From contig NC_017080.1 in NCBI RefSeq assembly GCF_000284115.1, positions 1,860,001 to 1,892,000 on the forward strand: a DNA stretch of 32,000 nt. Reading direction: 5' to 3'. This DNA is from Phycisphaera mikurensis NBRC 102666. GTDB lineage: Bacteria > Planctomycetota > Phycisphaerae > Phycisphaerales > Phycisphaeraceae. Made by a program: the position numbers and the translations under genes. This document shows, piece after piece, positions 26,428 to 32,000 of this stretch; the stretch's first letter is position 1; each line of letters starts with the position of its first letter. The notes below the pieces were generated by a model, which was given only the letters and a program-made list of their open reading frames with translations, searched no databases and was not told where the DNA came from.

Positions 26428-27537
26428 ATGACCCGCTCCCTGCTGACTCTTTCTCTTTTTTTGTCCCTCGCCTGCGGCGCTGCCGCCCAAGGCACCCTCG
26501 TCATCGTCGGCGGCGGCCTGAAGCCCGAGAACGAGGCCGTGTACCGGGCCGTGCTCGACCGCATGCCGGCCGATGGGCGGCTCGGCGTGCTGCCCACCGC
26601 CTCGGGTGTCCCCGAGGAGAGCGGGCCGCTGACGGTGCAGGACTTCGAGCAGTACGCCGGTCCGGAGCAGAGGATCGAGCTGATCGATCTGCGCAACGGC
26701 GAGGTCGACAAGGCGAACGACCCAGCCTGGGCCGCGCGGATCAAGGCCTGCGACGCGCTGTGGTTCACCGGCGGCGACCAGGCGCGGATCGTCTCGACCT
26801 TCCGGGTGGAGCCCGTCGGCGACGCGAATCCGGAACTGGAGGACGGCCCGGACTCGCTGGCCTACGCGGCGGTGAAGGGCGTGTTGGAGAAGCGTGGCGT
26901 CGTCGCCGGCACCTCGGCCGGCGCCGCAATGATGAGCGACCCGATGATCCTCTGGGGCAACTCGCACGAGGCGCTGCTGGTGGGCGTGGTGAACGACGTG
27001 CCGGACTTCGGGGTGGGACTGGGGCGGGGGATGGGGCTGCTGCCGGGCGTAATCGTCGATCAGCATTTCTTCGAGCGGAAGCGCCTTGGAAGATTGCTCG
27101 TGGCCGGCGCCACGAGCGGCGAGCGCATGCTGTTTGGCATCGCCGAGAACACGGCACTGGTGCTGGATTTTCAGAGCCCTGACTCTGTCGAGGTGGTCGG
27201 CGAGGGGCAGGTGATGGTCGCGGAAATCACTCAGATCCACGCATACGCGGATGGGCGAAAGCGGCCCGGTGCGTTTCTGCTGACCTGCATCCCCAGCGGG
27301 CTCACGCTCCGCGACGGCAAGGAACCTCCGGATGCGATGAGACGCCCTGATGCCGAGGAGGTCAATGACTGGATGAGCGGAGCGCCGCGGGCGTACGAGG
27401 GGCCGCCCGCGTTCCGGGTCGAGCCCGAGCCAACGACGCAGAGGAGCGGCTGGGGCGGGTTCCGGATCGTCCCCCAAGACGAGGCTCGAACTGCGTTCAC
27501 GGAAGCCTCGGAGCAACTCGAGGCGGCTCGCGAGTGA
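26428..27537 (+). CDS. Secreted cyanophycinase-like protein (peptidase family S51)
   Basis: Signal peptide MTRSLLTLSLFLSLACGAAAQG; GVVAGTSAGAAMMS (nucleophile motif), GLLPGVIVDQHFFERKRLGRLL. ATG 26428 is preceded by GAGGA; the ORF track start at 26050 overlaps the M42-like gene. Confidence 0.9.
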   Translation: MTRSLLTLSLFLSLACGAAAQGTLVIVGGGLKPENEAVYRAVLDRMPADGRLGVLPTASGVPEESGPLTVQDFEQYAGPEQRIELIDLRNGEVDKANDPAWAARIKACDALWFTGGDQARIVSTFRVEPVGDANPELEDGPDSLAYAAVKGVLEKRGVVAGTSAGAAMMSDPMILWGNSHEALLVGVVNDVPDFGVGLGRGMGLLPGVIVDQHFFERKRLGRLLVAGATSGERMLFGIAENTALVLDFQSPDSVEVVGEGQVMVAEITQIHAYADGRKRPGAFLLTCIPSGLTLRDGKEPPDAMRRPDAEEVNDWMSGAPRAYEGPPAFRVEPEPTTQRSGWGGFRIVPQDEARTAFTEASEQLEAARE

Positions 27538-27728
27538 ACCCGCGGACCCCGAGCGTCTCGGCCCGATTCTCTCGGCGATCCGCGGGATCTGCCTCTCCTA
27601 CGTCGAACGTCCGGGTCCGTGGCATCCGGCTTGCCTGATGGGAGATCCGCAGGATCTGCCCGTTGTTGACCTCAGTCCGCAGACACATCAGGGAAGACTG
27701 ATGCCACGGGACACCGGAAACCCACCGC

Positions 27729-29324
27729 ATGACCGACACCTCCGAATCTTCCGGCTTCCAGATGCCGCCGGCGCTGCTGATCGTCGCCTCGATCGTGGTG
27801 CTCGCGGCGCTCGCCACGCTCGTGCTCCCGCGCGGGAGCTTCGAGCGGCAGGAGCAGACCTTCGGCAACCTCGTCGAGCACGTCGTCGCGGCCGGCGACA
27901 CCCGTGAGAGCGTCGCGGCTTCCTTCGGCGTGCCGGTCGGGAACGTCCGCGGCGAGGGGCCGCTGGTCGCCGGCGAGACGATCCGCGTGGCGGAAGCCGG
28001 CGGGCTCACCCGCGAGGCGGTCGTGCCCGGCAGCTACCCCGCCGAGGGCTCCACCGACCGCGGGCCGCTGCTGGAGGAAGCCGAAACGGCGCTGGGCAAC
28101 GCGGCGCTCGCCCCGGTCGCCGGTTTCCAGGACAAGGCCGACATCATCGCCTTCGTGCTGCTGCTCGGCGGAGCCTTCGGGATCATGCTCGCCACCGGTG
28201 CGCTCGATCGGCTGCTCGCCTGGGCGGTGCTGTCGGTGGGGCAGGGCTGGGGCCGCTGGCTGGTGGTGCCGATCTCGATGACGCTGTTCTCGCTGGGCGG
28301 GGCGGTCTTCGGCATGGGCGAGAGCACGATCGCCTTCGTGCTCATCACCGTGCCGCTGGCCCTGCGCCTGGGCTTCGACACCGTCACCGGCGTGTGCATG
28401 TGCTACCTCGCCAGCCAGGTCGGCTTCGGCGGGGCCTTCTTCAACCCCTTCACCGTGGGCATCGCCCAGGCCATCGCCGAGGTGCCGTACCTCTCCGGCA
28501 ACGGCGTTCGCTACGTCGTCTGGACGCTGGCGACGGCGACGGCCATCGCCTTCGTCAGCTGGCACGCCGTGCGGGTGAGCCGCGACCCGCGCCTCTCGCC
28601 GACCTTCGCCCTCGACGAGGCGAGCCGGAAGAAGCTCGCCGCGGACGACGACGGTTCCGAGGCGAAACCGCCCTCGGTCCGCGACTTCGGCGTGCTGGCC
28701 TGCGTCTTCGGCAGCGTCGGGCTCACCGCCTACGGCGTGCAGGCACTCGGCTGGTGGATCCCCGAGATGGCCGCGTGCTTCGTCGTGCTCGGCGTCGTCG
28801 CCGGGTCGATCGCCGGCAGTTCGCCGCGGGCGATCGTGGAGGAGTTCGTCGAGGGGGCGAAGCTCATGGTCGAGCCGTGCCTGATCATCGCCGTGTCGGC
28901 GGGCATCGTCTTCGTGCTGCAGGAGGGCCGCGTGCTCGACACGATCCTCTACGCGCTCGCCCAGCCGCTGCAGGCGATGGGCCCGGGGCTGGCGGCCATC
29001 GGCATGATGGGCATGCAGGGGGGCCTGAACTTCTTCGTGCCCTCGGGCAGCGGGCAGGCGGCGATGACGATGCCCATCGTCGCCCCGCTCTGCGACCTGG
29101 TCGGCATGGACCGCCAGGTCGGCGTGCTCGCCTTCCAGTTCGGCGACGGCTTCGGCAACCTGATCATCCCCACATCCGCCGTGCTCATGGGCGTCCTGGG
29201 CGTCGCCCGCGTCGACTGGGGGGCGTGGCTGAAGTGGGTCTGGCCGCTGGTCCTCGCCCTGCACGTCCTGGGCGCCGTCGTTTTGGTCGTCGTCACGTAC
29301 GGACCCGAGGCGTGGCTGCGGTGA
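27729..29324 (+). CDS. YfcC-family (basic amino acid/peptide-associated) transporter
   Basis: Multi-TM protein with LPRGSFER...VVPGSY, ADIIAFVLLLGGAFGIMLATGALD, GESTIAFVLITVPLALRLGFDTVTGVCMCYLASQVGFGGAFFNPFTVGIAQAIAEVPYLSG, FFVPSGSGQAAMTMPIVAPLCDLVG, QFGDGFGNLIIPTSAVLMG. Confidence 0.88.
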   Translation: MTDTSESSGFQMPPALLIVASIVVLAALATLVLPRGSFERQEQTFGNLVEHVVAAGDTRESVAASFGVPVGNVRGEGPLVAGETIRVAEAGGLTREAVVPGSYPAEGSTDRGPLLEEAETALGNAALAPVAGFQDKADIIAFVLLLGGAFGIMLATGALDRLLAWAVLSVGQGWGRWLVVPISMTLFSLGGAVFGMGESTIAFVLITVPLALRLGFDTVTGVCMCYLASQVGFGGAFFNPFTVGIAQAIAEVPYLSGNGVRYVVWTLATATAIAFVSWHAVRVSRDPRLSPTFALDEASRKKLAADDDGSEAKPPSVRDFGVLACVFGSVGLTAYGVQALGWWIPEMAACFVVLGVVAGSIAGSSPRAIVEEFVEGAKLMVEPCLIIAVSAGIVFVLQEGRVLDTILYALAQPLQAMGPGLAAIGMMGMQGGLNFFVPSGSGQAAMTMPIVAPLCDLVGMDRQVGVLAFQFGDGFGNLIIPTSAVLMGVLGVARVDWGAWLKWVWPLVLALHVLGAVVLVVVTYGPEAWLR

Positions 29325-29345
29325 GGGTGCATCCGCGGCGCGGAT

Positions 29346-29503
29346 CAAGCGAAGAAGCGGAGAAGTGGGGAAGCGAAGAAGCCAGACGCATGCGATATCG
29401 CTGCGCTCGGCGAGCTCCTTGCGCTGGTCGGCGGAGCCGACGCGCTGCCTGACTTCTTCGCTTCTTCGCTTCTTCGCTTCCCCGCTTGGTCGCCGAAGGC
29501 GAC
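29346..29503. repeat. Second copy of the 8-bp-array / triloop-hairpin composite element
   Basis: Left arm caagc gaagaagc ggagaagt ggggaagc gaagaagc (29346-29382); right arm cttcttcg x3 cttccccg cttgg (29453-29489); hairpins GTCGGC-GGA-GCCGAC (29427-29441) and GTCGCC-GAA-GGCGAC (29489-29503). Confidence 0.85.
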
Positions 29504-29508
29504 GCCCC

Positions 29509-31035
29509 TCATTCTGCCATCACCCGCAGCACGGGCGACAGGCGGTCGTCGCCGATCATCGCCCGCCACCGCGGCCACTGCGAGAGGCCGTAGAGCTGGC
29601 GGGGTTCGAGGACGGCGACCGCGCGGCGGCGGGTGAGGGGGTCGGGCAGGGCGGCGAGGTCGACGAGAAGGGAGCCGACGTCCAGCGTGACCTCCGCGGC
29701 GGGGATGCCTGCGACGACCTGGCGGCCGCCGTAGCGGTCGTGGACCGGGTCGTACGCCTCCTCCACGCGGACGAGCTCCGTGGCCTCGGCGCTGACGCTC
29801 CGCGGCTCCTCCAGCCGCTCGAAGGGCACCGCGTGGGCGGCGAGCAGGTCGGCCCAGGCCTCGGCGTGCGCGGCGGGGACGGCGTAGCCGGCGGGCTTCG
29901 TCGCCTGGCCCTTGATGACGCGCTCGGTCGCGAATCGCAGCGCCGGGACGCGGACCGTCTCCCCGCTGGCGAGGTCGACGACCGGGTAGGGCACCGCGCC
30001 GGGCTCGGTCCGCGCCCAGAGGGCGTTGGTCACGATCGTCTCGCCGAGGGGCTCGGCGTGCAGGCGGGCGAGGGTGGCCCGCGTTTCCTCCAGCCGCTCG
30101 GTGTCGGTGACGAAGCGATCGAGCAGGACGCGGTACGCGGCCACCCGCTCGGGCAGGTCGGCCTGGGGGTCCCCGGCGGACCGCTTCACGCCGCTCTCGA
30201 TGATGAATCCGAGGCCTCCGAAGAACGACAGGCCGTTGCGGGCGTCGTCGGCGTCGAGCGTGCTCGGGCGGATCTCGTTCTCCGGCGGCGGGCCGCCCAC
30301 GAGGTAGCGCTGGTAGGCGAAGCCCGCCTCGGCCATGGGCTCCACGGCCGCCTCCACCCAGCCGAGGCCGAGCTCCAGGACGCCCCCGGGAAGCAGCGGG
30401 CTGTTCGCGCCGTCCAACATGATCAGCGGCCACTCGCCCCAGCCGCGGTCGGCGTAGGAGCCGCTGTCGCGGGTGAACTCGTGGCAGTCGACGACGACCG
30501 TCGGCCGCACGCGGGCGGCGTACGCGTGCAGCGCCCGCGTCTCGGGCTGGGAGAGCAGCGCGTGGTCGCGGTTGAGGTCGAAGCCGGCCGCGTTCCGGCG
30601 CCGGTCCGCGTCGACGCCGTCGGGGTTGGCCATCGGGATCGCGTGCAGCTCGACGCCGGGCGGCAGCAGCAGGTCGCCGGCGGCGAGGTCGCCGAGCAGG
30701 TTGAGGATCGCCTCCTTGCCGGCGTGCTCGTCGCCGTGCTGGGCCCCGACGAGAAGCACGCGGTGGCGGACCGCCATCCGGGCCCGCGGGATCGCGACGA
30801 CGGCGCGGATCGGGATTCCTTCCACCGACTCGCCGATCGTCTCGACCGCGAAGCCCGGCACGCCCGCGAAGGTCGCCAGCCGCTCCTCCATCGCGGCGGA
30901 GGTCGTGACGCGGCCCTCGGCTCGGGCGGTGGCGGCCGGGGCCGCTGCCCAAGCGATGAGCAGGAAGGACCCGAGGGCGGCGAGAATGCCGCGCCGTTGC
31001 GCAGCGGGGCTTCGGAGGGCGGGGCGAGCGAGCAT
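29509..31035 (-). CDS. M14-family zinc carboxypeptidase, exported
   Basis: Signal peptide (RRGILAALGSFLLIAWAAAPAATARA), VGAQHGDEHAGKEAILNLL, IPMANPDGVDADRRRNAAGFDLNRDHALLSQPETRAL, VVVDCHEF. Confidence 0.9.
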   Translation of the reverse strand: MLARPALRSPAAQRRGILAALGSFLLIAWAAAPAATARAEGRVTTSAAMEERLATFAGVPGFAVETIGESVEGIPIRAVVAIPRARMAVRHRVLLVGAQHGDEHAGKEAILNLLGDLAAGDLLLPPGVELHAIPMANPDGVDADRRRNAAGFDLNRDHALLSQPETRALHAYAARVRPTVVVDCHEFTRDSGSYADRGWGEWPLIMLDGANSPLLPGGVLELGLGWVEAAVEPMAEAGFAYQRYLVGGPPPENEIRPSTLDADDARNGLSFFGGLGFIIESGVKRSAGDPQADLPERVAAYRVLLDRFVTDTERLEETRATLARLHAEPLGETIVTNALWARTEPGAVPYPVVDLASGETVRVPALRFATERVIKGQATKPAGYAVPAAHAEAWADLLAAHAVPFERLEEPRSVSAEATELVRVEEAYDPVHDRYGGRQVVAGIPAAEVTLDVGSLLVDLAALPDPLTRRRAVAVLEPRQLYGLSQWPRWRAMIGDDRLSPVLRVMAE

Positions 31036-31340
31036 CCGGGGAAGCTAGCGATGCCGGCGCAGGCGGGTTCTCCCTCTTTCGGCTTGGAGTGGCAAGCCGA
31101 TTGCAGTAGACTCACCACGCACAAGACGCCGCCGCCGGCCGTCCCGCCCCACCCCGGTCGGGCGAAGCCGGCACGGGCAGCCCTCTCCGATGCGGGAGGA
31201 GCTGGCCCGCGGCTGATGGAACCCTCCGCCCGAACCCGAGTCGGCCGCGACGCCCAGGCGTCGCGGCCGATCGAACCGGGAAGCCCCGCCCGCTCGCCGC
31301 GGGTTCCGTCCGTTTCCGCCTGCCCCAAACCCCGCCCGCC

Positions 31341-32000
31341 ATGACCACCAACGCCCCCCGACACCGCACCCGCACCGCCGGCTTCACGCTCATCGAGCTC
31401 CTGGTGGTGATCTCGATCATCGCCCTCTTGATCGGCATCCTGCTGCCGGCGCTGGGCGCGGCCCGCGACGCGGCCCGCACGATGCAGTGCAGCACGAACG
31501 TGCGTTCGATGGTCCAGGGCTCGCTCTTCACCGCGGAGACGGAGAGCAACCGCATGCCCTTCCCGACCGCGACCGAGGTGGAGGCGGACAACCTCAGCCA
31601 CCTCTTCCCGGTGTACAGCGGCGGCCGCATGAATGCCAACGTCGCACCCCTGGGCAACACCTTCGAGGCCGCGGTGTGCCCGTCCACGGAGAACGTCCTG
31701 CACACGGATCCCGATGCGACCGGGCTCCCCGATCGCTCCGACGGAAGGGCGATTCCGATGACGGGCTTCAACGACTTCATCCCGGGCCGAAACCTGACCT
31801 ACGAGCCCTTCCGCGACCTGTACACGAACGCGGGGGACGGGGCCATCGACAACTCGGGCGGTCACAGCTACACGCTGCTCGCCTGGGCGATCACCGGCAA
31901 CTACAAGACGGGCCACGTGCCCGCGGGCACCAACGCCGTCAGCGCGTCGTACCACTACACCAACCCCACCAACCTCGCCACCGCGCTCGACGCCCGGCTG
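31341..32000 (+). CDS. Prepilin-type N-terminal cleavage/methylation pseudopilin, 3'-truncated by the window edge
   Basis: [55 protein letters not shown]; the frame is open to the end of the window. Confidence 0.9.
   Translation, partial: MTTNAPRHRTRTAGFTLIELLVVISIIALLIGILLPALGAARDAARTMQCSTNVRSMVQGSLFTAETESNRMPFPTATEVEADNLSHLFPVYSGGRMNANVAPLGNTFEAAVCPSTENVLHTDPDATGLPDRSDGRAIPMTGFNDFIPGRNLTYEPFRDLYTNAGDGAIDNSGGHSYTLLAWAITGNYKTGHVPAGTNAVSASYHYTNPTNLATALDARL

Noticed and set aside
27672-29348. 558-aa minus-strand ORF
   Set aside because: Antisense to the YfcC-type transporter, whose translation is a clear polytopic membrane protein.
1-32000. Defence, toxin-antitoxin, secretion-effector or prophage system
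   Set aside because: No recognisable nuclease/helicase defence modules, toxin-antitoxin pairs, integrase, phage structural genes or tRNA-associated insertions were seen. The exonuclease III-like gene is a housekeeping repair enzyme.

Overview
High-GC chromosomal window, most like a Planctomycetes/Phycisphaerae-type genome: PEP-CTERM proteins, several [10 protein letters not shown]-type pseudopilins, PilT/PilB ATPases, and long spurious antisense ORFs. About 22 coding regions can be supported. They include the 3' part of trpA, a TPR-like exported protein coupled to a kinase-fold protein, trpC, pilT, a pilB/gspE ATPase, a DUF4038-like glycoside hydrolase, three prepilin-type proteins, two PEP-CTERM proteins, an AraC-family regulator, an exonuclease III-like enzyme, a trio of membrane proteins, an OmpA-like lipoprotein coupled to hisH, a DUF89-like protein, purB, an ECF sigma factor with a candidate anti-sigma factor, an M42-like peptidase, a secreted cyanophycinase-like protein, a YfcC-family transporter and an M14 carboxypeptidase. 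No rRNA, tRNA, CRISPR array, transposase or prophage was recognised, and no obvious new defence system is present. The observations most worth following are: (1) two dispersed intergenic elements built from an 8-bp GAAGAAGC/GGAGAAGC array in inverted arms plus triloop hairpins whose stems differ by compensatory base changes; (2) a structured intergenic element with exact 27-bp inverted arms that supplies the stop codon of the M42-like peptidase; (3) a LysM-like motif apparently inserted in the first extracytoplasmic loop of the YfcC-type transporter; (4) the peptidase - cyanophycinase - YfcC - M14 neighbourhood, a possible extracellular polymer/peptide scavenging locus.
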